A stretch of 62,820 nucleotides of DNA, counting the filler, from Globobulimina sp. (Eukaryota): NCBI GenBank assembly GCA_003354225.1. It is 27 parts of 27 records of this genome, joined end to end, with 100 filler letters (N's around TTAATTAATTAA, not from the genome) between each part and the next. Parts side by side here need not be neighbours in the genome. Positions count along the whole stretch, not along the records: positions 60,593 to 62,820 come from PIVH01008043.1; 26 more parts are not named here. One strand, 5' to 3'. This document shows, in pieces, positions 62,743-62,820 of this stretch. The first letter of the stretch is position 1. Every line of letters begins with the position of its first letter. The position numbers and the translations under genes were made by a program. The notes below the pieces were generated by a model. That model did no database searches and was not told where the DNA came from. It saw only the letters and a program-made list of their open reading frames with translations.

Positions 62743-62820
62743 TGTGTGTGTGTGTGTGTCTCTGTGTCTCTGTGCGTGTGCGTGTGCGTGCGCGCGTGTG
62801 TGTGTGTGTGTGTGTGTGTG
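62743..62820. repeat. (TG)n compound microsatellite
   Basis: TG/TC/CG dinucleotide run to the window end. Confidence 0.95.

Overview
This window is not one locus. It is 27 short contigs (about 2.23 kb each, ordered by decreasing length) joined by artificial N44-TTAATTAATTAA-N44 linkers, so adjacency across a linker has no biological meaning. Twenty-six contigs look like an AT-rich, gene-dense protist genome with mostly short GT-AG introns (about 50-120 nt). They carry many SAM-domain, C-type lectin, Cys-rich, CAP-Gly, MYND, MATH, RCC1 and kinase genes. That content suggests a foraminiferan or other rhizarian, which is an inference. The last contig is bacterial-type (glf plus a WbbM-like DUF4422-GT8) and is fused to a (TG)n microsatellite. 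Highlights that the ORF track misses or splits: (1) an iodothyronine-deiodinase-family selenoprotein with an in-frame TGA in the FGSCS-U-PPF active site; (2) a four-exon viperin (RSAD2) antiviral radical-SAM gene; (3) an ADP-ribosyltransferase-like gene with H-S-ExE motifs; (4) a sulfatase-mucin-lectin membrane fusion; (5) a 7TM-RGS protein; (6) a bacterial-family DUF4186 gene among eukaryotic genes; (7) two MITE-like elements in promoter regions; and (8) a gene whose ATG appears split by an intron.
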